NCBI RefSeq assembly: GCF_004010195.1
Contig: NC_057749.1
Location: forward strand, 16,246,524 to 16,310,523
Length of the DNA stretch: 64,000 bases
Reading direction: 5' to 3'
Source: Chiloscyllium plagiosum
Lineage: Eukaryota
Made by a program: the position numbers and the translations under genes
Notes under the pieces: generated by a model
What the model saw: only the letters and a program-made list of their open reading frames with translations
Databases searched by the model: none
Told to the model about the DNA's origin: nothing
In this document: piece by piece, positions 10,660 through 20,252 of the stretch
Layout: each line of letters begins with the position of its first letter
How positions within the stretch are numbered: position 1 is the stretch's first letter

Positions 10660-12710
10660 AGAATGAAATAATTCATGAACGTGGATGAGTGAGAGGTTAT
10701 CCAATTTGATCAGAGGAATAGAAAGGCAACTTATTATCTAAGTGGAGAGAAACTTCAGAGTGCTTCGATGCAGAGGGATCTGGGTGTCCTTGTGCATGAA
10801 TTGCAGAATAGCAGTATGCAGGTGCAGAAGGGAATAAGGAAGGTCAATGGAATTTTAGCATTTATTGCTTAAGGAATAGGGTATGAAAGTAGAGAGCTAT
10901 TACTGCAGCTGTACCAGGCAGTAGTGTGACTCCACCTGGGTATTGTATACAATTTTGGTCCCCTTACTTGAGGAGGAATGTAGTTACACTGGAGACTGTT
11001 CACAGAGGATTCACTAGATTGAATCCAGAGCTTGTCTTATGAAGAGAGATTGAGCAGTTTAGGCCTATACTCTCTGGGGTTTAGAAGAACAAGAGATTTA
11101 ATTGTGGGATATTACATTCTAAAGGGGATTGACAAAGTAGACATAAAGAGACTGTTTCCTCATGGGGAAATCTAGAAGGAGGTCATCATTTTAGATTAAG
11201 ATTTAAAACAGAGATGATGAAAAATTACCCTTCTCAAAGGGTCATGAATCTCTGGAATGCATTCCACATTTATCAACATTTACAGCACACGCTGCATCCA
11301 AAAGGCTAAGAGCATTGTGGAAGACCCCACACACCCCTTACTCAAACCCTCCTCCCACCTGCCATCTGGCAGAAGATACCAGAGCATTCGGTCTCTCATG
11401 GCCAGACTGTGCAAAGTTTCTTCCCCCAGGTCATCAGGCTCCTTAACACAGCATGATCAGACTCTCTTCCATCTGAAATTCTTTGCACAACTTCGAATTG
11501 CTGCTAGGGAAATGTTTATTATTTATCATTCTTCGATCACACTGTAACTTGCATATTTTGCATTTCTTATGTACTTTCTGCTGTGTACATGTGTGTAGTT
11601 TGTGCTGTCCATGTAGCACCCTCAGTCCTGGAGAAATACTGTCTCGTTTTTACTCTATCAGTTGTATCTGGCAGAAAAGACAAATGAAAGGCTACTCTAC
11701 TCCCAGAGTGTGGTGGATGCAAAGTCATTGAGACATAGAGTTATGGTCATGCAGCATAAAACAGACCCTTCAGTCTGACTCGTCCATGCCGACCAACTTT
11801 CCCATACCAAACTAGTTCTATTTGCCTGCATTTGGCTCATATCCCTCTAAACCTTTCATATCCATATACCTGTCCAAATGTCTTTTAAATGTTGTAACTG
11901 TACCTGCATTTACCACTTCCTCTGGCAGTTCCTTCAACATATGAACCACGATCTGTGTAAAAAAACGTTGTCCATAAGGTCCCTTTTAAATCTTCTCCTC
12001 TCACCTTAAAACTATGCCCTCTAGTTCTGAACTCCCCTACCCTAAGGAAGAGACCTTTGCTATTACCCATGCCCCTCGTGATTTCATACACCTCTATAAA
12101 GTCACCCCTGAACCTTTTATGCTCCAAGGAGACGAGTCCCAGCCCAACAGCCTCTCCCTATTACTCAAACCCTCCAGTCTCAGCAACATACTTGTAAACT
12201 GTCAGCACCCTCTTCAATTTAATAATATCCTTCCTCTAGCAGGGTGACCAGAACTGTATATAGTACTTCAAAAGTAGCCTCACCGACATCCTGTACAATC
12301 GCAACATGACATTCCAACTCTTATACTCAATGGTCTGAATACTCTCTACGTATTTGCTCCTTAGTTTCCTGCTGACTATTGGGGGCCTACAGTACAATCC
12401 CATTAAGGTAATATCCCTTTCTTATGTCTTATTTCCACCCACATAGCCTCACTGGACCACCCCTCAGGAACATCCTGTCTAAGTACATCAGTCATGCTTT
12501 CCCTAATCAAAAACGTCACTCCCCTTCATCTCTTGCCTCCCTTTCTACCTTTCTTGTAGCATCTAAATTTAAATTTAAGAAGGAAATAAACAGATTTTTA
12601 ATTAGTTATGGAGAACAGGCAGGAAAGTCAGGCCAGGATGAGATCGCACTGAAGGGAGGGGCAGGCTGGAAGGGCTGAATGGCCTACTCCTGCTGCTAGC
12701 TCTTACACTC
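10660..12710. mobile_element. Nested LINE cluster: CR1 3' region (+) interrupted by a Rex/Babar-like 3' end (about 11256-11702, +) and inverted CR1 pieces (about 11732-12565, -)
   Basis: CR1 motifs (AGGGATCTGGGTGTCCTTGT) resume after the inserts; ORF 11257-11547 has DPTHP..LPSGRRY typical of Rex1/Babar; minus ORF 11885-12127 has RGDFIEVYEI. Confidence 0.75.
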
Positions 12711-13106
12711 TTTGCTCAAGTCCATACCTCCTAACCCATGCACCCCGAGCTGTAGCAAGTCTCGATTATTCTGCTCAAGACAAACCATTTACACTGGTAT
12801 GGACTGGACCATGTCCACTTTGAGTGGCTTTTGTAGATACTGACTCAGAATCTGGTGAAAATCCCAAACAGGGACAGTTTGGTCCTTGAAGCAATGACTC
12901 ACTTGCAATGACAAAGCATGATCTTCAGACAGCTCCCTCCTGCCTCTGAGGTAACACCAAGGAAAAGTTGCAAACCTCCATCAAAACCAGATGGAGGGGT
13001 GACAAAGACCAAGCTTTCTTGACTGAATTCACTGACCTGTCGCGATTTCTATCCCAGTTGGGAACAGTCTCGGAGCTGCTAATCAGTCGGAATCTCGAGA
13101 ACTCAC

Positions 13107-13239
13107 CCGTCCGTCAGTATCGATTGTCCGGTCGGAGACACATCCCAAAAGAGCCGAGGTGATGTGGTCCGAGTGAGACGGGGCAGCCAGCAGCAGCTGG
13201 AGATCCTCTTCATTGGCGAAACATATCAGCTTTCCGAGT
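13107..13239 (-). CDS. STRC: Stereocilin exon 10 (LGKLICFANEEDLQLLL...ALLGCVSDRTIDTDGR)
   Basis: tttccag acceptor, CGG|gtgag donor, 133 nt, phase 2-0; similar to human LGPLACFLSPEELQ...LLECAANGTLSPEGR. Confidence 0.9.
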
Positions 13240-13415
13240 CTGGAAAGGAAGTGACAATTGGGAAAAGATTAGCTTTCCAGCTGGGATTTCTCTTCTCCGG
13301 GAGTAAATTCCCACTGGGACACGGGATCCTCCATCATCCAGCAGCAGGACTCTGGGACCATGGCTCAGCCTGACCACAAAGGCTAGCTCCCACTGTGTAT
13401 GCGGCATTGGCACTA

Positions 13416-13622
13416 GACCAGGAGGGATGTAGGGGCTGGAGGAGGTGACAGAGATAGGGAGGGGGTGAAGGGGCTGGTGGAGGTGACAGAGATAGGGAGG
13501 GGGTGCAGAGGCCAGAGGAGATGACAGAGATAGGAAGGGGGTGGAGGGGCCAGAGGAGGTGACAGAGATAGGGAGGGGGGTGTAGGGGCTGGAGGAGGTT
13601 ATAGAGATAGGGAGGGGTGTGG
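13416..13622 (+). repeat. About 39-bp purine-rich minisatellite (GAGATAGGGAGGGGGTGTAGGGGCTGGAGGAGGTGACA); further units at 13883-13970
   Basis: About 5 directly visible tandem units. Confidence 0.9.
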
Positions 13623-13673
13623 GGTCACTATCAACGAGGGTTTACAGGAAAGTCTAATCCTGGGAACTATTAC

Positions 13674-13789
13674 CTTCTGATGTTGCCCGCGGTCAGGTTC
13701 CAACTAGAGTTCAGGAGAGTGCGGATTGAGTACCTTCCGTGAGCTGGGTCCAAGCTGTTGTTTCCAAACCCATCGAGCATTGAAAGGAG
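13674..13789 (-). CDS. STRC: Stereocilin exon 9, copy B (tandem duplicate)
   Basis: Identical to 14022-14137 including both splice sites, offset 348 bp. Confidence 0.8.
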
Positions 13790-14021
13790 CTGCAAATAAT
13801 ACAGAGAGTTATTCCTGTACACTGAAACCCTCACTCACGCTCTCTTCCCCTCCTCCTCCCGGAGATGCTAATGTCAACTGCTGAGGAGGTGTATGGGCCA
13901 GAGGAGGTGACAGAGATAGGAAGGGGGGTGTAGGGGCTGGAGGAGGTTATAGAGATAGGGAGGGGTGTGGGGTCACTATCAACGAGGGTTTACAGGAAAG
14001 TCTAATCCTGGGAACTATTAC

Positions 14022-14137
14022 CTTCTGATGTTGCCCGCGGTCAGGTTCCAACTAGAGTTCAGGAGAGTGCGGATTGAGTACCTTCCGTGAGCTGGGTCCA
14101 AGCTGTTGTTTCCAAACCCATCGAGCATTGAAAGGAG
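14022..14137 (-). CDS. STRC: Stereocilin exon 9, copy A (LLSMLDGFGNNSLDPAHGRYSIRTLLNSSWNLTAGNIRR)
   Basis: tttgcag acceptor, AG|gtaata donor, 116 nt, phase 0-2; identical to copy B. Confidence 0.85.
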
Positions 14138-14676
14138 CTGCAAATAATACAGAGAGTTATTCCTGTACACTGAAACCCTCACTCACGCTCTCTTCCCCTC
14201 CTCCTCCCGGAGATGCTAATGTCAACTGCTTCAGCCAGACGGTTCGAAAATGTGAACTCAGTGAGATTATGCTGACCAGCTCATCAACCGTAGCAGGCAT
14301 CACATCTGCCTCCAATATCCACAGAGACTCTGTTTCCGGCTGTGAACCAGGGGCAATGTTTAGCTCCCATCTGGGTAAACCCCTTCCCCCAACTCCTGTA
14401 TGCGGGAGTTTGGGGTTGAAGGTCAAATAACCTGATAATTCTTGTCTCCTCTTGAAGGAAGGCCATGCACTGAAGGAAAGGGCAGGGGGGGTGGTGCAAA
14501 GGAGCGGAGTCCTCCCCAACCCTCAGGAAGCCGGGTGGAGGTGGGTCAGTCAGCACCTGAAGGAAGAGGATCGGGGTGAAACACAGGGGAGCCTCCCCTT
14601 CGGCCCCACCATAGATACCCTCTCACCAGCACCCCCCCACTCCCCGCTCCCACCACCGCCTCTTGGTGGTGCTAAC

Positions 14677-14863
14677 CTGCTCAGGCCTCAGCTGCTGGAA
14701 GTGCCTGATGGGTAAGAAGGGCAGTAGAGGCTGCAGGGAGTTCAGGAAGCCTGGGCTCCAAGAGCTGACTGCCCCAAAGCGGTTGGTGTTGAGCAGCCGC
14801 CTGGCAAATGCCCTCTTCTGTTGGGCACTCATATCCGAGCTGCGCTCCCTGAGAGTCGCCAAC
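14677..14863 (-). CDS. STRC: Stereocilin exon 8 (LATLRERSSDMSAQQKRAFARRLL...HFQQLRPEQ)
   Basis: tcgcag acceptor, CAG|gttag donor, 187 nt, phase 2-0. Confidence 0.92.
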
Positions 14864-16483
14864 CTGCGAGATACGAAGCAATGGTCAGCATGGGGTGGGG
14901 GTGGGGGGGGGGCACCACGCGCCAACCACAATAAACCCCCCTCCCCACCTCCCACCCCAAAGATCCACTTCACACCTAATCCCATTCCCCTCTTGTTGGG
15001 ATAGCTTCCCAGGGGATCCATCCTAACTGATTCAGGGAGCCGTTCTCACTCGGCCCCCCGAATCACCCAATCTCCCACTGCAGGAGCTGCTGGATACCAG
15101 TCCGGAGCACACACACACAGCAATCGATCTTGGCATAGGAGCGTCTGATGCCCAGTGTTTGCAAGCTGGTGTGATTGGGGTGGTTTACTGTCTCCTCTAG
15201 TGACTGGGACAAAGGGCATAATTGGTCTAATGTGATGGAGGAAATGCACTCAGTGGACGAACGGGAAAGGGCCCATGTCTTAAGCAAGGTCTTGCTTATT
15301 GTATGGTCACTGCCCAGCATGCTGGAGATGTGTGGTCATCTGGGTGAGGGGTTCTAGTGCCCAGCTGCCAACTCAGTCGGAGGGAGGGGGAGGGGGAAGC
15401 GGTGGGAAGGATTCTTAAGGGGCTTGACAGGGTCAATGCTGAGAGGATGATTCCTGCATGGGAGAGTTTAGGAACAGAAGGTACAGTCTCAGAAGAAAAG
15501 GATGGCAATTTAAGACTGAGATGAGGAGGAATTTTGTCTCTCAGAAGGTTGTGTGTGTTTGGAACTCCTTACCACAGAGAGAGCTGTGGGGGCAGAGTCA
15601 TTGTGTGTATTTAAAGCTGAGATAGAGAGATTCTTGATCAGTCAGGGAAATCAAAGGTTACAGGGAGAGGGCAGGAAAGTGGATGTTAGGAATGTCAGAT
15701 CAGCCAGGATCCCATTACTCAAGGGGCCGAATGGCCTCCTCCTGTCCCTAATGCTGATGGTCTTAATCCTAGTAAGCTTACTCAGCAAACCATGTGACCC
15801 TCTAGCCGTAGGGTAGGGGACTCAAGCCCTAAAATGGTTGCCACTGTTGCCCAGGTTATCGGGGGGTAAGAGGGAGGCAATGTGGATTTGAGGATACAAT
15901 CCAATGACCTTAATGAATGGTGCAGCAGGCCTGTCGGAGGGAATGGCTTTCTCCAGCTCTTTGTTCAGATGTAAGCCTGACTGACACTCCTGTCCTGTGT
16001 TTGGGTGGGAATTCCTCATTGATAACCCCCTACTCCCAGCGAAGGTCACAGCCAAAGCTGGACAGAGGTGGGGACAGAGAGTTCATTTCCCGCTCACTCT
16101 CCCAGACTCTGACTGGACTGCAGCAGACCCCCAGGCCCTGACAGAGACTGTGGCTTGGCTCATTGCTCAGGGCACCATATCCAGCAAGAATGGCAAATTT
16201 TCATTTCCATAACACCTCTTCCAACACCAGGATATTCAAACAGCTTCAGAAATGCTTTTCTGCAATGGACTGTCTGTTTGTAAAGTAAGAAACACAGCAG
16301 CATGTATTCCTGACAGCGAGGAGATCAGGAGCTGGTGACGCTAAACGATGGATTCATTTGGGAGGAACACCTTCTTCCCCCATCCCCGTTAGTTTGAAAT
16401 AGTGTTCACAGGATCATCGACATCAACACAGACAACATCTCAGGTCACAGTTTACATTTCACCCAAAGACCATTCGTTTCAAA

Positions 16484-16940
16484 AGTGTGGCACTCCCTCA
16501 GTACTGACCCTCCAATAGTGCAGCACTCCCTCAGCACTGACCCTCCGACAGTGTGGCATTCCCTCAGCACTATCTATCCAACAGTGCAATGCTCCCTCAG
16601 CACTGACTATCCAACAGTGCAGCACTCTCTCAGCGCTGACCCTCTGACAGTGCAGCACTCCCTCAGCACTGACTATCCGACAGTGTGGCACTCCCTCAGC
16701 ACTGACCCTCCAACAGTGTGGCATTCCCTCAGCACTATCTATCCGACAGTGTGGCACTCCCTCAGCACTGACCCTCTGATAGTGCAGCACTCCCTCAGCA
16801 CTGACCCTCCGACAGTGTGGCACTCCCTCAGCATTGACCCTCTGACAGTGTGGTACTCCCTCAGCACTGACCCTCTGACAGTGTGGCACTCCCTCAGCAC
16901 TAACCCTCTGACAACATGGTGCTCCCTAAGCACTAACAGT
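16484..16940 (+). repeat. 33-bp minisatellite, about 14 copies (CAGTGTGGCACTCCCTCAGCACTGACCCTCCGA)
   Basis: Directly visible; gives the repetitive ORFs 16479-16889 and 16485-16955. Confidence 0.95.
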
Positions 16941-17048
16941 GGGTGGATGTGCTGAATTATGGGTTTCATTTCTAAGTGGGATCTGTACTGATGCTGTGTG
17001 AGTCTGAGAGAGCCCCTCATCGAGCCACAGCTGCCTCTCTGTGATCCC

Positions 17049-17275
17049 GAGCTGAAAATGTGTTGCTGGAAAAGCGCAGCATGTCAGGCAGCATCCAACG
17101 AACAGGAGAATTGACGTTTCGGGCATAGGCCCTTCTTCAGGAAGGGCTTGATAGGAAGGGCTTATACCCGAAATGTCGATTCTCCTGCTCCTTGGATGCT
17201 GCCTGACCTGCTGCGCTTTTCCAGCAACACATTTTCAGCTCTGATCTCCAGCATCTGCAGTCCTCACTTTCTCCT
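17049..17275. mobile_element. Fold-back short element, probably Penelope-derived, with a minimal hammerhead core; family copies at about 6255-6350, 6820-6945, 44940-45112, 51317-51482, 55743-55822, 59943-60135
   Basis: Arms at about 17049-17126 and 17165-17241 are reverse complements (GCTGGAAAAGCGCAGC.../...GCTGCGCTTTTCCAGC). Confidence 0.75.
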
Positions 17276-17395
17276 CTCTGTGACCCCGAGCCAATGAGCA
17301 GCCTATATTCTCAGCAGAAAGGGACAGTAAATGTTGATCAAGTGCAGGAAGCAGGCAGAGTGTGAGGCTTTTATCCTTGTTGCTAATGAACTCAC

Positions 17396-17562
17396 ACGCT
17401 GTCATTCAGAAGGAGTGACTCCGGGAAACCATGAATATCCGACACACTCATGAAAGGAAGGAACTGTGACAGGTCCACAAAGAGGTCAGGGGTCACTCGG
17501 GGAAACTTCTGCAGGAAGGCAGCAGTGAACGTTTCCAGGGCAGGTCGATTGCTCTGAGAAAC
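17396..17562 (-). CDS. STRC: Stereocilin exon 7 (VSQSNRPALETFTAAFLQKFPRVTPDLFVDLSQFLPFMSVSDIHGFPESLLLNDSV)
   Basis: 167 nt, phase 0-2; strong similarity to human [30 protein letters not shown]. Confidence 0.93.
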
Positions 17563-18243
17563 CTGGAGGACAGAAAGATTTAACATTCTTCAAGCCACAT
17601 CCAGAGACGATAATATACAATGCAGTTAAAAACTGCTTCAGTCTAATATTCTATCTTGGGGGCATTATAAAAGTTTCTACACAAGGGAATGGTGCATCAG
17701 CTTGAGGTCCCAATGCTGGCATTGGTCCAGCGGTGATATGAACATACAATCTCGGAGCAGGCCATTCAGCCCCTCAATGCCAGCCCATCCATTTGATAAG
17801 TTCAAGGCCTCAACTTGTGACTGAGATTATCCAGAATATTAATGTAAGTATCTGTTTCAATTTTCCATCAAATTCCATCACTCTCAGGATAGGGACAGCA
17901 CAGAGTTAGATACAGAGTAAAATTCTCTCTGTCCCCTATCTGGGATTGTGGTGGGACCAGTCAAGAGGGCATTGGATGTTATTTAAATAGAAACAAGGTG
18001 CTGGGCTATGGGGAAAGGGCAGGAGATTGGCACCAGGTAATGATGCCCATTCAGAGCCAGTACGGATATTATGGGCCAAATGGCTCTGGCTGCACTATAA
18101 CATGCCTGTGATTCAGAGGCTGGAGGAGGTTATAGAGTGAGGGAGAGACAACACCAGAGGCAGCTGAGATACGGATGAGCTATGTGAAATCAGCGTGTTG
18201 CCAGCCTGGGTACCAGTGTATCAGTGTCCAAAGCTGTGCCCAC

Positions 18244-18354
18244 CTGGAGTTGGCGCCAGGCCCGGTGCATGTGAGAGAGCAGTTTCTTGACACTCTCACT
18301 TTCAGCTGACATCAGAATCTTCTGCAAATTCTCCCGGGGCATCAGCAGGTATTC
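18244..18354 (-). CDS. STRC: Stereocilin exon 6 (EYLLMPRENLQKILMSAESE...WRQLQ)
   Basis: ttcccag acceptor, CAG|gtggg donor, 111 nt; similar to human YLHMPPENLQQLVLSAERE. Confidence 0.88.
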
Positions 18355-19326
18355 CTGGGAATGAGAGAAAATACTCAGAGACAGCATCATTGTCATAGCT
18401 TCATCATTCTCCCTTCAGTCTTCAGTCCTGAACTCGACGCTGCAGGGACTGGAACGGTGCCCGAACACTGCCTGTCCCCAGCTCCCTGTCTCAAGGGTCT
18501 TGGGGGAAACCACATCCTCATCATCCGAGTCAGTCACGTAGACCGGTAAATGCCAACCCAGCGAGTTTGAGAATCGAGGCTGACACAGGGACCTGTGACT
18601 GAGGGAGTGCTGCACAGTTGCAATGCTACTGTCAGCTGAGAGGCTCAATCAAGGCCCTGTGTGCTCACTCAGGTGGAGACCCTGAAGGGACACCCTCCAA
18701 CCAGGGAGGGAGAGCCTACCTTCAATAACCAAGACTCCCCTGAAAGAGGTGACGGTGTTCAAGGAAACTTGCAAAAACTCACGCTGCTGATTTATTCTTA
18801 AACCACGCAGTTTTTCCCAGCTCCTTAAAGGTGAGGTTTGTGACCATCCGACAGGCTGCTGCTGGAGGTGATTTTAATCAGCTAGTGGGGTCTTATGAAA
18901 CAGGCAGATATTCAATACTTCATTGAGCGTTTGAACACCAAGGAGTTCTCATTTAGGTGTGTACAAACAAGCATTCGAAGTTAGGAGTAGACCATTCAGC
19001 CCTTGAGAATGCTCTGTCATTTGATATTATTGAGTCTGATCTGATTGTAGCATGAACTCCACTTTAATGTCTGATATTGTAACCCTGACTCTCTGGTTGG
19101 TCAAGAAGATACCAATATCCGCCCAGAAGCTCCACTGCTGGCCCAGCCTCCACTGCTTTTCTGCAGAACTGCGGTTCCCAGACACTCACCCCTCAGAGAA
19201 AACAATGCTTCTCAACTGTGTCTTAAACTGTACCCCTGTTTCTGAAACAAAACCTGAAATTGCTGGTGAAACTCAGAATTGCAGAATCATCTGTTAAAGA
19301 GTTCTTTAACAAAACAATACTATTGG

Positions 19327-19515
19327 AGATCTGAAAATGCTGGAGAAACTCAGCAGGTCTGGCAGCATCTGCAGAGAGGGAAACACAGCTCCCGTTTCTA
19401 GTCAGATATAATTCTTTGTTGAATGAAGAAGGGTTCACTGGATTAGAAACATTAACTGTTTCTCTCTCCAGAGATGCTGCTAGACCTGTTGAGTTTCTCC
19501 AGCATTTTCAGATCC
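19327..19515. mobile_element. Fourth fold-back family (copies at about 27560-27640 and 43880-44000)
   Basis: GATCTGAAAATGCTGGAGAAACTCA ... TGAGTTTCTCCAGCATTTTCAGATC inverted arms. Confidence 0.7.
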
Positions 19516-19654
19516 CCAACAGAATGATTTCATTGAAGAACTGATTAACAATTGATTCTGCAATTCTAATTTCTGCTGCAAACATTCTCACCTTCAGGTC
19601 AGACTTTAATTTAATAAAGTTCACTCAAAATAATTAATCTCACACTCAATCTGA

Positions 19655-19878
19655 ACTGAGGGGGTGCCACACTGTCAGAGGGTCAGTGCTGAAGGGGTGC
19701 CGCACAGTCAGAGGGTCAGTGCTGAGGGGGTACTGCACTGTTGGAGGGTCAGTGCTGAAGGGGTACTGCACTGTTGGAGGTTCAGTGCTGAGGGGCTGCT
19801 GCACTGTCGGAGGGTCAGCGTTGAGAGAGTGCCACACTGTTGGAGGGGCAAATACTGAGGGAGCACCGCACTGTTGCA
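19655..19878 (-). repeat. Same 33-bp minisatellite in the opposite orientation, about 6-7 copies
   Basis: CTGAGGGGGTGCCACACTGTCAGAGGGTCAGTG units. Confidence 0.92.
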
Positions 19879-20189
19879 GGTTGGTCTTTCAAGTGAAATG
19901 TTAAACTGAGGCCCCATCAGATGAATATAAAAGGTCTCATGACACGAGGTTGAAGAGCAGCAGTGTTCTCCCCCCCCCAGTCCTGGCCAATAATTCTTTC
20001 TGAATCCACAACAGAAAAACAGATGAGCGGAGGGAGCTATTTGGTGACTGGGTGTGGCTCCTCCCTGCCAGCTAAGTCCTCATTACAACAACATCGACAC
20101 TTCTGACGTCAATTTTCTGTAAAAGGCTTTGAAATATCCCAAGATTGCGAAAAGGGATTGTCAAAATGCAAGTTCTTTGTTTCTCTTAC

Positions 20190-20252
20190 CTGAAAAAGAT
20201 CCCTCAGGGCTGGTGAATCCTCCTCATTCTGTAACATGGCCCAGAGAACTGG
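20190..20252 (-). CDS. STRC: Stereocilin exon 5 (PVLWAMLQNEEDSPALRDLFQ)
   Basis: ctgcag acceptor, CAG|gtaag donor, 63 nt, phase 0-0; resembles the recalled human segment LWELLQREKSVWALQILVQ. Confidence 0.88.

Noticed and set aside
14157-14519. 120-aa minus-strand ORF in STRC intron 8
   Set aside because: No recognisable homology; exons 8 and 9 already join in phase without it.
16479-16955. Long repetitive ORFs on both strands, and a superficially CRISPR-like array
   Set aside because: This is a 33-bp minisatellite with no unique spacers. The unit length is divisible by 3, which gives spurious ORFs; there are no cas genes and the context is eukaryotic.
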